64,000 nt of DNA from Protoeuglena noctilucae (lineage: Eukaryota). Within the stretch, counting starts at the first letter, position 1. Each line of letters begins with the position of its first letter. Location of the stretch: the NCBI GenBank assembly GCA_958009085.1, contig OY253671.1, positions 496,001 to 560,000 of the forward strand, given 5' to 3'. Below the pieces are notes generated by a model that saw only the letters and a program-made list of their open reading frames with translations, was not told the origin of the DNA and ran no database searches. Shown in pieces: positions 23,779 through 37,285 of the stretch. The position numbers and the translations under genes are program-made.

Positions 23779-26189
23779 ATGAGCGGTGCCTTCGCGCCCT
23801 CTGCCCACGCCTGCCAGGCCGCAGCTTGGCGGCGCCGTTGCGGGCCGGTCCTCGCGTGCCGGAGGGTCGCGTGCCAAGAGGAGTCGACTCCATGGTTCCG
23901 CGTGGCATCGGCGCCCAAGGCGGCTGTGGTGAGGGGCGACGCGGGGGGGCCGGGGTGTGCGGAAATGTGTCGAGTGCCTCTGGGGCGGCACGGATGCCGC
24001 TTGTGGTCTCCTCCCGGGCGCGATGGGTTGTACTCCATCGACGGCATGCGTATATTGCAAGATTGCTAGCTCAGAGCTTGTTTCGCGACAAGCGAGCACC
24101 GTGTGCCACCCCCGAAAGGCTAGCGGGGCGATGGCTCAGCCGCACCGAGTCTTCGGTGGTGCAAATCACCACGCGATCGTCCGACAACCGTTGTCGCAGG
24201 TGTGCCGCGCGGCCGGGCGCGTGGACAAGGAAACGTTTGACCTTCAGGTCAACGTGAACAAGCGCATCCAGGAGGCCCCCTCCGTCCCCGCGGTGAGGAT
24301 CGCGACAAGCGAGTCACATCATTCCACCCGTTCAGCCCGTGGGCGGCGAGAACCCCTCAGCGCTCGCCGTCTGCTCGCAGATCTTCTCGGAGGCGTTCGA
24401 CAACTTTGAGATCCTTTCTCCCGTCAACTTCGCCACGGCCCTCACGACGATCGCCAAGAAGGCGCGTCGCATGCCTAAGGAGGAGCAGCGGCAGTTGGTG
24501 ACGGGGCCAGCGTTTCGAGAGCTGGTGGCGGGCGCCGTGGAGGCGGCCCCCTTCACCAAGCCACGCGACCTGTCCAACATCCTCTGGGCGCTGGGGACGC
24601 TCAAGTACAGCAGCGATGCGGTGATGAAGCGCTTCGCGGCCGCGTGCGCCACCAAGGTCGAGGACTTCTCCACGAGAGACATCAGCAACGCGCTATGGGC
24701 GTTCGGGTGCGCACGCGATGCGCGGCCCTGAGCCATGAACGGGGCGCCCGTGTCCCCGCTGCCGATCGCTATCGCTTGCTGCTTTGTGTGCCGCGTCGGG
24801 GCTGCCGTCCGACTGCCCTGGGAGTCGACAACGCTGTCTGGTGTCCCGCAGGTGCGTTCGCTACCACCCTGGTCCCTTCCTCGACCTGGCGGCGTCGCAG
24901 CTGGCGCGGTCGCTCGACTCGGCTTCGAACCAGGACCTGGTCATGGCCGTCACCGGCTACGGGGAGCTGCGGCACGACCCGGGCCCTTTGGCGGACGCCT
25001 GCGTGGCTCGCGTCACGGGCGCGTCGATGGGGGAGGAGGGCAGCCCGCAGCTGCTAAGCGCCTTGAGCAAAATGCTCGCTCGTCTCGACATCTACCGAGC
25101 GGAGTTTTGGGCCAAGATGGAGGAAGTGATTCTCACGGGGCAGGCGCCCATTAGGCGAGTGGCCCGTGCTGGCTCTCTGGGGTTCAGCACAAGGCAGCCG
25201 TGCCATTTCGTGCGGCAACGTGCGAAGCAAGAGCTGCACCCGTCGCGCGCAGGGAGACGGCCAACATTTACGGGGCGATGGCGCTGGCACGGCACCAGCC
25301 CCCGGCGGCGGTGGCGGACGCCGTCCTGTCCCGGCTGCGCTCCGGCGACGACCCCGTGACGGGGTTGGACGTCGCGCAGGTGGTGCACGCGTGCGCCGTG
25401 CTGCGGTGCGGGGAGGGCGGGAGCGGCCCGGAGGATGAGGTGTGCAGCACGGCGCCCCGCGAGGCGATGGCGGCGCTCGTGCACGCGAGCATCAAGGACC
25501 TGCAGCCCCGGGAAGTCGGTCTGTGCGCGTGGGCGCTTGCGGTCACGGACGTGGCAGGCAATGCTGAGGTCATCCGCGCCCTCATGGCACGGCTAGAGTC
25601 CCCGGGAGCGCGTCTGCGCGACGACACGCTGCGGCAAGTGATGCAGGTCCTCCTGCTGTGCTCCGGCGCCGGGGTGGCGATGGACGTCGACGCGTCGCTC
25701 CGGCAGGCGGCGGTGCAGACGTGGATGGCCGTGGCGGCGTCGGACCGCCCCGGCCCCGTCACGGTGTCGCTGGCGCGCGTCCTGGAGGCCTTGGGCCTCA
25801 ACGCGCGCACCAAGGTGCGGGTGATGGACGGGATGCTCGTGGTGGAGGCGGCGTGCAAGCGGGAGGACGGGGCGCTGCTGGCGATCGAGGTGGTGTGGCC
25901 CAAGAGCGTGGCGGTCAACACGGGCCACTTGCTGGGCAGCTACTGCGCCAAGGCGGCGCTGCTGCGGGGGCAGGGCTGGGCGGTCGAGTACCTGATGGCA
26001 GAAGAATGGCTCGCCATGGCGTGGCCGGCCCGCGTCGACGCCGTCGCGTCGCGCCTGACGCGGGCGGGGTTTGCCCTCGACCCGGCCAAGGTCGCGGCGG
26101 TGCGGGCGGAGGGCGGGGGCGTCCCGGGGGAGGTGTGGGACATCGAGGGGATGGAGGATGGGAAGGACGAGGATATCGAGTCGGATTAG
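23779..26189 (+). CDS. Helical-repeat (OPR/HPR/FASTK-like) protein with a C-terminal RAP-like domain, probable organellar RNA-binding protein
   Basis: Repeats PRDLSNILWALGTL, TRDISNALWAFG and PREVGLCAWALA. C-terminal LVVEAA...LAIEVVWP...AKAALLRGQGWAVEYL...EW resembles a RAP domain. The start (23724 or 23779) is uncertain. Confidence 0.8.
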
Positions 26190-26333
26190 TAGGCGCTCTC
26201 ATCTCCTAAGCATAGCATTGCGTTAGGAACTCGGGCAGTGGTGCCGAGGTACTAGCGGCCATAGCAGGGGCGTGGCTGGGCAGCCTCGCGACGCATGAGG
26301 ACGAGCGCTAGAGTGTTCCTTCAACTACTCGCG

Positions 26334-28800
26334 TCAAGGGAGCGGGGCAGGCAGCTGGCCGGCCACGTGGGCCAGCGGCGCAAAGACGGGGAGCGTGCGC
26401 TCTGCGAGGTACACCCCCATGCCCCCCAGGTACCCCGCGAGAGCCCACGGGGAGATCTTGCGCGCGTACCAGAAGAAGTCGGCCTTCTCGAGGCCCATGT
26501 AGGCGACGCCCGCGGCCGAGCCGATGATGAGGATGGAGCCGCCCGTGCCGGCGCAGTAGGCGATGAGCTGCCAGAGGCTGCTGTCCTGGGGGTGCTGGGC
26601 CAGGTCGTACATGCCCATGGTGGCGGCGACCAGCGGGACGTTGTCGATGACGGCCGAGACGAGGCCGATGGCACCCGCAATGATCTCCTCGCTAGGCACG
26701 TGGTTGTTGAGCCAGACGGCCAGGTCCTTGAGGACCCCGGAGGACTCGAGGGACGCGACGGACATGAGGATGCCGAGGAAGAAGAGGACGCCCTGGGAGT
26801 CGATGCGCTGGAGGGCGCTGGGGACCTTGAGGTTGGCGCGGGAGTCGTCCTCACCGAAGTGGATGGCGTCCGTGAGAAGCCACAGGGCGCCGAGGCCAGC
26901 GAGCATGCCCAGGTAGGGCGGGAGGCCCGTGAGCTGCTTGAAGGCGGGGACGAAGAGCAGGGACGAGAGGCCGGCGGCGAAGACGAGGCGGGCACGCGGG
27001 GCCATCTCGGCTGCGGCCGCCGGGGCGGGCTGGGGAGGGAGGTCCCCGCGGACCTCCGGAGCGGCGGCGGAGATGAAGGCGAGGGGTACGGCGAGGGAGA
27101 CGAGGGACGGGAGGAAGAGGTCGCGGATGGTGGCCGTGGTGCCGATCTGGCCGTTGATCCACAGCATGGTGGTGGTCACGTCGCCGATGGGCGTCCAGGC
27201 CCCGCCGGCGTTGGCGGCCAGGACGACGACGGCGCCGAAGAACTTGCGCGTCTCCGGGTCGCGGATGAGCTTGCGGAGGAGCGACACCATGACGATGGTG
27301 GACGTGAGGTTGTCGAGGACGGCGGACATGAAGAAGGTGATGGTGCCGATGAGCCAGAGCAGCGTCGTCTTGCTGCGCGTGCTGATCGAGTCGGTGATGA
27401 TCTTGAAGCCCTGGTGCGCGTCCACCGTCTCAACGATCGTCATGGCCCCGATGAGGAAGAACACGATCTCGGCCACCTCGCCCAGCTTCTCCTCGAGCAC
27501 GCCGTGGATCGCGTCGCCCGGCATCGCCAGCGAACGGATCGTCCACAGCGCCACCGCCATCAGGAGGGCCACGCCCGACTGCGAGCGACACCAGGACACC
27601 CTGTCCACTCCCGACCAGAGACTGCTCACCACCCAAACTGCGCCAGCGCAGGTCAGCCTGGTTGATGCCAGAAAGTCACATGAAACGACCCACCTTGTTG
27701 AAGGCGACCTTCTCCTCAAGGACGATGCCCACGTACCCCATCGCAAACACGGCCGACAAGGCCAGCGCCTCGTGCGAGGCGACCCAGTCGTGCTGGAGCA
27801 CGCCCGCGGCTACCGTAAGCGCGGCGCCCACCCCGATGGCCTTGAAGAGGTCGGACTTCTGCACGGGAGCGGGGAAGACAGCGGGACGTGAACGGGCACA
27901 TGCACAGCTGCGCCACCGCATCGCGGCCTCCTGCCCCTCGTGACAGGAGAGTTGCGCTCACCTCCGAGTACCCTTCTTGCGCTTTTTGTGGCTCCTCAAA
28001 GGAGCACATGTCCTCGCACACGTACCCCTCCTCGCTGGTGTCGAGCAGGATGTTCTTCTTCTCCACAGGCGACACCACCTGCGGGGCACAGGCACGAGCT
28101 CGCAAGTGAGAGGTCCGGACCACGCTGGCAGACACGCGAAGGCGGAATCGCCACCATCCAGCTTGCGGCGGCAAGGGTGGAAAATCGCCGCCCGCTGCAC
28201 CCAACACCGCGCGTGCGCTGGGCACAAGATAGCGAACAGAAACGAAGCGGCCGGATAGCACGTCTGGATACATCGGCTGAGCTCCAGGACGCGGGGTCGG
28301 CCGGATTCCTGGGGCCACCGCCTCGCGCCATCCGCTCCCCACACCGCGACGTATTTTCATCTAACGAAGCGCCGCTCATGCCGGCAAGATGTGCCGAAGA
28401 GGACGGCGCGCGTCGAAGGGATGGCCACGAAATTCCCCCGCGCCGAGCCCCGCCATCAAGCATCTTCAGGCGCCGCAAAGGCCCTCATACAGACGCGGAG
28501 CGCCGGTGATGACCGGACAGTGCGGATGCGGTCGATGATAGCCAGCGGCCGGTGCGCAGCAGCACCGCGCACCTGCGCATCCTTCGGGCTGTCCCTGGCG
28601 ACCCACGACGCTCTCCGAGCGGGCTTGTCCGAGGCACGACCCATACCGGCAGATACAAGACCGGCCGACCTCCCCGACGTGCTCGCGGTCCCCGCAGACG
28701 GCAGGACGGGGCGAGCCGCGCGCGCGCACGCCGTCCTGCCTCCCGTAATGCCGGCGGCCCACCCTGGCGCGGCTCGAGCCGCTGCGCTGTTTGCGAGCAT
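26334..28800 (-). CDS. NHD1: NhaD-type Na+/H+ antiporter, plastid-targeted
   Basis: Motifs EIVFFLIGAMTIVETVDAHQGF, SAVLDNLTSTIV, AANAGGAWTPIGDVTTTMLW, SAVIDNVPLVAA and AYCAGTGGSILIIGSAAGVA. Ala/Arg/Ser-rich transit-peptide-like start at 28800. Confidence 0.93.
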
Positions 28801-29109
28801 TGTTGCCTAAGACAGAGGGGCGAAGGCGGACTGCGTAGTGCGGCCGACGTTCAAAGCTCGAGAAGAATGGGCAGCACAAAGGCTTCCGAGGTCGACGCGG
28901 CCGCCAGCGCACCGAGTGTGCAGGAGGAAAGACGACGCAAGTGGCCAACAGTGTGGGACTCTGCCCGATTTCAGGCTACTTGTGCAACACTGGCTGCGGA
29001 CGCCAGCAGGCAGTTGCACGGGGCCGATACACCCTAGCGTCGTTGAGAAACACGGCTCATCTCCATCTCAAGTGCATCGTTCTTCAAAGCAACGGGCAAC
29101 GGCATCTCG

Positions 29110-29788
29110 CTAGCTTTTCCCGGCGTCCACCTCCTCGCGCTCCTCCTCCAGCTGCGCCATGGGGTCCTTCGCCTTTGCCTTCTCCGCCCTCTCGGCATCC
29201 TCCTTGAGCATGCGCTTGACCTCTTGCTCCTGCAGCTGCCTGCGGGCGGGAGACATGCGCGCAGGGGTCACAGACATCTCCATCGGCACCCGTGCTCACA
29301 ACCAGGCGGCAGGGGAACGAATCGAGAGGGTGTGGGCCAGAGTCCCCCACGTACCTCTCATACCACGAGTCGGCGTCCGCCCAAACAGCCTGCGTCGCAA
29401 CACCCTTCTCCCCTCCCCGGATCTTGATCGGCAGGGCATAGTTGCACTTCAGCACCCGGCCGTACAGCTCCGCGCTGTGCATGTTGTCAATTGCGGCCGC
29501 AGCGTCCTCCTTGTCCAAATACTCGACAAAGCCGAAGCCGCGGTGCTTCCCTGTCTGGGGGTCCTGCGGAAAGCCGCACGGTTGCGATGCGTCGTGCCAC
29601 ACGCGACCCCCCGTGGCTCCATGCGCGATCATTCACGCGGGCATGCATGCGTTACGCACTATGGGAATGTTGACCTCCTTAATCTCCCCGAACGGAATGA
29701 AGGCGGAGTGGAGAACCGCCTCGTTCACCGTCTCGTCCAGCCCGCCGACGTAAAGCGTCGTCTTCGGGTTGGAGCCCTGCGCAAGCAT
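29110..29788 (-). CDS. Single-RRM protein related to the cyclophilin E (PPIE/CYP33) RRM, without a PPIase domain (plant-type architecture)
   Basis: [47 protein letters not shown]...[23 protein letters not shown]...VWADADSWY. Three exons; stop TAG at 29110-29112. Confidence 0.9.
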
Positions 29789-30387
29789 GGAGGCAGGAAC
29801 ATGCTTTGCTGCGGTCGTGTCGGACGAGCCAGACGGCGCAAAAGGTCCCCCCGGCGCGCTACTGGGATGCGGCTCTGCAACTGGACAGTTCGAGCACCGC
29901 ACGCCACGTCCCGGCGTCCCACCAAGCGCCTCATCGCCTCAAGCGCCTCAACGCAAACATGTCCAGCAGATACGGCGCTGCTGGGTTACTGAAGCCGTCT
30001 TCACCTTCCCCTGGACCTCGACCAGCGTCGATTCCGCCATCTCGCCTCCTCTGACGCCCCTCCCCTCCCAGGGCCGCCGGCAACCGACTCACAGTCCTAG
30101 CTAGGCCTTCTGCTTCAATGCTCAGCGCTGGCCGGCTAGGCTCACAGGTGTGGCTGTGCGGGACTCGCTGCAGTTCGCTACAGTGGTGCGAGGGACACAA
30201 GACAACGTTCCTATGACGCTTGGTAGACGGTAAAGTGGTCAACGAACGGAGTGGAATCGCCCAAATGCAGGGCAGTGGCGCTTTTCTTGCGCACCCTCAG
30301 CGTCAGCCCTCAGCGTCAGCCAATATACACAGAGGGAGGCACTCGGTCCAGAGAAAAAGCAAGCAGCAACTCCTGCAGACCGTGGCC

Positions 30388-31149
30388 TCACAGCTCCTCG
30401 ACCTGGACTCGTCCGACGGCCCGCCCACCACGAGTGTCGTTGACAAGCGCAGGCGTGGGCTCCCCCATAGCCCCGACGGCGGCAGATCCTGCCACGGTTA
30501 ATTGGCCTGCCGGTTGCGGCATCGCAGTTGGCTGCGTGGGGACGTCCACAGCCGGCGTCTTGGAGGCCGGGGAGGCCGGGGAGGCTCCCTCCGAAGGAGC
30601 GCCCCCGTCGTCTTGGGGCCCCGCGCGCTCGTTGGCGACGTTGGCGGGCGCCTCTGCGACGCGCTTCAGGTCCCTCTTCTCGACGCCGAGCCGCTGCTCC
30701 TCTTGCAGCTGCGGGGGGTGGAGAGGCACGTGCTTCGCGCCGCAGGGGTCCAGCACGTCGCCGCGGGTCGTCAGAGGCCGCGCGAAATCTCGCATACGAA
30801 AGCAGGCACGCGAGTACCTGTGCGAGGATTTCTTTCAGCTGGGCCTCCTCCTCCTGCAGGGCGTAGAGGGCCTTGGTCGCTTCCTCCTCCTGTTTCTCCA
30901 GCGCCTTGCTCTCGATGATGAGCAGACCCCTCAACTTGACCGGATCTAAATTAGAGGCATTGACTCCTGCTTGCATGCACGCGGAAGACTGCTTGTTTCT
31001 CCCCACGACGGGGCAAGCAGGAAAGCGAGCAGGGAAGCGAGCAGGGAAGCGAGCGACGTAGGTGCTCCCGCACCTAATAAGCCTCCTGCTTCGTTGTCTC
31101 CAGCGTCAGGCTCCGTACGACGCCGCTTCCCCGCCCTCTTTTCGCTCAT
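30388..31149 (-). CDS. Small hypothetical nuclear protein (basic NLS-like KRAGKRRR, short coiled coil); weak SNAPC5-like pattern
   Basis: Three exons can be joined with GT-AG introns: MSEKRAGKRRRTE..., GVNASNLDPVKLRGLLIIESKALEKQEEEATKALYALQEEEAQLKEILAQ and LQEEQ...VEEL*. Confidence 0.55.
31013..31054. repeat. Short intronic tandem repeat (~13-nt unit, gcagggaagcga-like, about 3 copies)
   Basis: gcaagcaggaaagcgagcagggaagcgagcagggaagcgagc read directly from the sequence. Confidence 0.75.
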
Positions 31150-31403
31150 GATCCTACATCATGGGGTCCATGATGCTATGATGTTTTCCCCTGAAGTTCT
31201 CTGTCTCGTGCGTGAGAATTGTGACGCTTCAACGATGGCCGGCCGCGACAAAGACCAGACCACGCACGTTCTTGCGCAAGAACGAGCGCCCTTCAAGGGC
31301 CCCTTAGGAACCTGAGATCCGCTGTCATGGCGCAGCGGGGCTCGTGTAGCACGGAACTGGGACCAGACTGTGCCGTTGAGCGCACCGGGCCCTCAGCGGC
31401 TCC

Positions 31404-34400
31404 ATGAGTGGGAAGGGGCGCGAGCACGTCGGCACCGACGCAGTGTGCGGCAGCCAGAGCAGCCTGGAGGGCCTTTTCAGCAGGCCGTCGCAGGTACGGG
31501 TGACGACGTATTGACGGGCCTCGCTGTGGCGGCCGCTCTCGCTGCTCCTTTGAATTGGCGCCCCCAACAGCTGCTCCGCTGTTTGCAGCCGTCCGCCGTC
31601 AGCCAGACCGCGCTCTCATGCCTCCTCGACCTGCAGAACATCGAGGATGCCGCTGCTCGACTGCTCGCGGAGGAGTGCGGCACGCGGGGCCCCCCTGCGG
31701 GCTGGAACTCCAGGTGACGACGCCAGCGCCACGCTGGGACGCTGGGGGGCCGCTCTGCGTCCCACGATCCGAAACCCGCTCACATGTTGTCCGTTTTCGC
31801 TCCCGCAGTCCCCTGAATCCGGCGGTGGCGGGGGACTCGCAGCTCGGATTCACGCCGTCGCCCGGCAATGCCGCAGCGGGCCACCGGTCGGAGCAGCCCC
31901 CGGCCCCGCGCGCCGGCAGCGATCGGGGCGGCATGGCTTCCCAGCGGGACGGGAGAGCCAGTCCCGGGCCTTCCCCGGATCGCGGAGCCCCGGGGTGGGA
32001 TGCAGACGAGGGGTCTGCCTCGCCGAGTCAGGACAGCCCTGCGAATTCGGGAAGGGAGGGAGCGGCCCTTGCGCGCCTGCGTACTGTCGAGCACCTTTAC
32101 GCAATCGACTTCGAGAACTCTCGACCGGACATGGGGGCCAGGCTGGACTTCCTGACGCAGCCACAGGACGTGCTGCCACGAACGCAACTGGGTGAGCAGG
32201 ACGAGCTTGATCCGCATCTTTCGCTGTCAGGTGCAAGCTGCCAGCTCTTATCCTTGTTGGAGCGTCCGAGTCGTTGCGGCTGTGTTCGCAGGTGAGCGCC
32301 TGCTGGGCGCGGCGGGCAGGGCTGCAGACGGGACGGTGGCTGGGACGGAGGGTGCAGCGGATGGGGTGTCGGCGCGGAGCGTGTCGACCGTGGAGGAGGC
32401 CACGAGGGCCGGGAAGAAGACGCTGTGGGACCTGATGGGAGGGCTGCTTGGGGTGGGGTCTGCGTGGGGGAGGCGGGGGACCCCACCGCCCTCTGCACCT
32501 GGCGGGGCCGGGGCGGCGAGGCCAGCGACGCAAGAGGACGTCGAGAGCAGCCCAAGCCGCGAAGAGGTGAGGGCGCTGCTTCCACGAGCATTCTGCCGTC
32601 CTTCTGTCACGTGCAACGCCTCACACATGGCGGCACCTGTCCTTCCACATGCAGTCGCCGCAAGCTCCTGCGAGCGCGGGGCCTGAGGAAGGGGCGCTGT
32701 CCGGAGAAGGAGCGTCGCCTCCCAACTCAGCAGAGACCTTCGCCAAGAGTCCTCCATCGCCAGTCCCGGCATCTCAGGCGCTCGGGATGCTGACGGTCGA
32801 GAGAGCGGCCATGGCACCGGGCGTTGACGGGTCGTCGCCGCTGCCGGGGAGCTCCGCTGGCCCCCGGACAAACAGTGGGGCGCGTGGTATGGTACGTCGG
32901 ATGTGGCGGCGGTCGCTGGCGACGGTGACGAGCAAGGGGTCCGGCAGCGCGCGCCCTGCGTCGAGCGACCCGTACGAGTTCAATGGCGACCTCGACAGCG
33001 GGACCGAGGGCAGCGTGGAGCATCGCCCGACGAGCGGCGATGGCGGGGCGTGCGGTGCCGTGGACTCTGGGGCAGCTGGCGGGGCGAGGGCGGCCTCTGC
33101 CGAGCCACTCGTCGATCCCTCAGCTGCGCAGTCGAGTGGAGCCCGAGGCGCACCGGGACCAGCAGAGGGGAGCGTGGGGCGTGAGGAGGGGCAGGGTCGC
33201 GAGGGCCTCGTGGAGTTTGCTTCCCGGGGCTTCCCGGCAGACCAGGGCATGCACAGCGGCGACCCTGTGCAGTCCCCCAGTCAGGCATCGCACGGCGCAG
33301 ACAGCAGGCGCGGTGCTGTGAGCGACGCTGGGCACTCCGGGCGCCTCTTGTCTCGGTCGCTGCGAGACGGCGATGCGGATGACGGAGACGTGGGCCTGGA
33401 CGGCCCTGCCGAGACGGACCAGCCCAGGCGTAGCAGCCCGGGACCCGCCACCCAGTCCGACGCGGAGGGGGCGGGACTAGACCCCTCCTGCGCCCACTTA
33501 GGCGGTTTCCTGCCAGAGACTCCGGTGGACGAAGATCCAGGGCGTGCGACTCCAGATATGCCCGGACAGAGTGCGGACATCCCACGGTCACCCCGACTCG
33601 ATGCGCTGCTTTCTGCGGTGAGGGCCTCCCCTGAGAGCGCCTGCTCAGCGTCTCGTGACAGTCAGTTGCCTTCGCTATGATTTTCCGCGAGTTGTGCAAG
33701 ACGACCGCTGCTTTACGATGCCCACTGCAGGCACGAGAGATTCTGCGTACCTTCCCCGCTGGCGTGCCCACATACACCCCGGGGGACAAGCGGCTGGAAG
33801 AGTTCATCGGCGAGCGTCACGACGAGAGCCAGGAGTTTGTGGTGGAGAGGATCGTGGTCGAGCTGGTGTGGCCCCGGGACGTCAGCGGCTTTGAGGTGCG
33901 AGTCGCACGCCAGCCCCAGTGCCAGCGCCAGGGAGCCCTGATGGAGCGGGACACGCAGGTCGCGGGCAGCCACTAGTGGCGGTGGCCACGCACATCGCTG
34001 ACTTGCAGCGTTGGCGACGCTGACGCAGGTGCACGACCTGGACGTTCTGCAAAGCCGCAACGAGCCCCGGGTGTTTCTGATCAAGTGGCTGGGCTATGAG
34101 CTGAACCCGCTTTTCCCCGAGTGCCTCTCGACGGTGCGTGAGGCCGAGGAGGCCCTGCAGGCGTGGGACGAGGGCCTGGTCCAGCCCAAGATTGTGATGG
34201 AGTACACGCCAACGCTGTACGGGCCCAAGCTGCCGCGCGACTACGGGGAGGAGCACTGGCTGCAGTCGGGCCGAGTGACGGCCGGGCCCAGCCGAGACGA
34301 AGCGGCCTCCACCGGTGCAGCCACTACGGACGAGGCGGCTACCAGTGCCCCCTCCACCGACGCGGCCACCGACGAGGGCAGCGAGGGACCGTGGCACCGA

Positions 34401-35348
34401 CCGAGTGGCACGGAGGAGGACGGCGTGTCGGCGGACCACACCGACGGTGTTGGTGGAAGCGGGGGCATGGACGCTGGGAGCGTGCCAGCTGTCGAGGACA
34501 GTCCCAGGGAGCCGGCGTTGGAGCAGTGCGCGGCGCACAGCACGCCGGCAGAGGGCGCGCCTCCTGATGTGCCGGAGCACGGTGTGTCTCCGGGCATCGG
34601 CAGGCCTGTGGCCGGTGACGCCAGACCTGGTACCAACGACGACGGTCCTGGTGCGGAGAGCCCCGGGGCCGAGACGGGAGCCCTGCGCGACTCGCTGGGC
34701 AGCGCAGGTGGTAGGGTGCTTGGCAAAAGGAGCCTGTCACAATCGCGCTCCTTGGGGGCCGGCATTGCCAAGAAGGCACGCATGGGCTCCCAGGGATCGA
34801 CGCCTCTGGGGCCAGGGGCGACCCAGGAGCTGCTCGCAGAGGCCTCGGCGTCCCCGCTCGCGGTCGCAGTACCTTCGCTCTTTGCCCGAGCAGACCACGG
34901 CAGCCCTGGCCCCAACTGCGCGTCCACGGACGTCCGAGAGCTCCCCGCCCCGCCCGCGGGGTCGCCCGAGCGCCAGCGATCTGCGGGTTGGCCCGGGTCT
35001 ACGGGCGGCGCCAAGTCTGGGTCGGGTGGCCTGGCATACTCGCAGCTGGCGGATGGGCCCTGGGACCCCATGGACCGCATGTCCCATCGCTTTTCGTGGT
35101 TCCCCACGTGCGGCGTGCGGCCTGGGGAGTGCTTGGAGCCGCGCCACCTGCCCGTCGCGATGCCGATCCGCGACGTAATCGAGGCGGCGCTCCTCTGGCC
35201 CCCGGGCATCCGAGTGGCGGGCATCGTGCCGCAGCCGTACCTCGACACGCTCGCGGCCCTCCGGGCTGTGCTCGACGCCCACCCCCAGTGGGGCATCCGC
35301 ATGACTGACGACTTTCACGTTCGCTGGGGCGAGCCCCGCGCATGCTGA
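31404..35348 (+). CDS. Large low-complexity protein with SQ/TQ motifs and a chromodomain-like segment
   Basis: Exons can be joined by GT-AG introns. QEFVVERIVVE...RVFLIKWLGYE...AEEALQAW (33826-34146) resembles a chromo fold. C-terminal globular-looking tail ends at TGA 35348. The start is tentative. Confidence 0.6.
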
Positions 35349-35551
35349 ACAGCCTAGTAGAGGGTCTAAGGGCGCCGCCAGTACAGCTTCCGTTTGCATA
35401 AAAAATTGAGCACATGTGAGACAGGCTGCTAGGCCAGCACGGCATGCGAGTCCCTGAAGATTGAATGACGCGGAATTGCGAGGAACTGACCAAGCGTCGC
35501 GCAGCTTCCATGAGCTGCGCGCCTTGACAGTGGCGCCGACCACGACATGCG

Positions 35552-36765
35552 TCATGCCAGACCAAAGTACTCCTGGGTCCTCTGCGCCACCCGCGCCTTG
35601 GCAGCCTCTCTCCTCTCCCTCGCCTCCCGCTCCGCCTGACTCAGCTTGGCCTCCTGCGCCTCATCACGCTTCCGCTTGCCCGCCAACGCCGCCTCCCGCG
35701 CCGCCGCCCCCGGCCCCGTCGGCCCCACCCCCTTGGCGCCCCCGTAGCTCCCGCCCATCGCCTTGCTCGGCACCTTGTGGCCCCCGATGTCCGCCAGCGG
35801 GTGCTTCTTGACCTCCGCCCTCCGCACCGTGATCTTCTGCGCCACCTCCTGCAGCAGCGCGCCACCCACGCGCTCCCCCACCGGGGCCGCGTCCGAGCTC
35901 CCCGGCTCCTCTCTGCGAATGAGGAACACGTACCAATCTTCCACTTTCTGCGCATCATTCAACAAATTCATGCCTCTCCATGGCCGCAGCACGCCATGTG
36001 TGGCGGGGTCCTCACGTGGGGAACGCCTTGTCCCGCTTCTCCCACGGAAGCTCCTTGCTCCACTCTGGCGGATCGCCCCCGTAGTACATCCCCGACTCCT
36101 CGTGGTAATACCAGCCCACGTCGTCGTGGTAGTAGTACCCACTGTCCTTGTCCAAGTACCAGCCCTTGAGGTCCCGCTTGGGGGCAGCGGCCTGCTGCAC
36201 CCTCGGCAGCTGCGGCCCGACCGGCTGCGCCTCCGCCTGCGCCCCTTCCCGCAGCACGCCCTCCCGCAAGTCTTTCTGAGAGGCAGCCAGAGACAGGGAA
36301 CGGTTCGGGCTGCGAAGGGGCTCAAGACCATGCAGAGGCGCAGCGCCCGGGAGCCGCCCTCGCCTCGTACTGCTCCTTGGCCTTGCACTCAATGTCTTTC
36401 ATGGATTTCAGCGCCATGTCGTGCTCCAGCTTCTCCTGCGCGGCGGAGCGCTTGGTGGCCGCCAGGCGGTTCGCGACCGCCTGCTGGTGCCGGAGGCCCG
36501 CCTCATGGTGAGACCTGGACTGTGGAGTGTCCTGGGGGCACGGCACGGCGCGCGCGTCGGTCTGCAGGGCTCCGTCCCTCCCAGCGACGTGCCACAGCGT
36601 GTCGAGGCGCGCTCTGGAAGCGGACGCGTCGTGCCGAGCACACGACGATCGCGTCGAACAGGAGCTTGCTGCAATCGCACCCGCCAAGCGCAGGGCACTC
36701 GCCTTGAGCCAGCACTTGCAGTATTCGCACCAATGCATCTTCTGGCTGACCCAAAACTCCGTCAT
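35552..36765 (-). CDS. ZOP1: ZOP1-like splicing factor (U1-type/matrin C2H2 zinc finger + OCRE domain)
   Basis: Zinc finger MTEFWVSQKMHWCEYCKCWLK|DTPQSRSHHEAGLRH and AKEQYE|KDL. OCRE domain GWYLDKDSGYYY...GWYYHEESGMYYG. C-terminal REAAKARVAQR. Confidence 0.88.
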
Positions 36766-37285
36766 CGCGCGTCCCTCTAGGAAAACGGCCCTGACAAGGG
36801 AAAGCCCGTGCTTGGAGCTGGGGCCGCAAGGCCTTTGGGAGGCCCAAAAGCCTGCAGAGCGGGCCGGACGATACACGTGACCGCGATGAGCGCTGGGTGG
36901 CTGAACAGGAGCTGCTGAGAAGTCAGGCGCAGTTTTTGGTCAGCATAGGCCACGTATTGGATATGCGGGCTCCCAGACGCGCGCCTCTGGCAAACTTTTG
37001 TCAGGATGCGCCGATGCCACGAACTCGCTTCGCACGGCGCGGATCAGCCTAGCACACAATTGCCCCCGCCGACGCTCCCGCCGCGTTCTCTTGGCTAGCA
37101 TCGTTTACTGGGCGGCAAGCGCACAGCGCCCGCGCCCGCCGCTGTCGGTTCTCTGGCCCAGCAGCGGCCGCCCCCATCGAGGCCTGCACGGCCCAAACTC
37201 GGCTCGCACACTTGCTTCAATCGAACCTTGCACTCAGTACGACCAAAATTAGCACCCTGGTCCGGTTCAGGGCTTTTCGCGCGGG

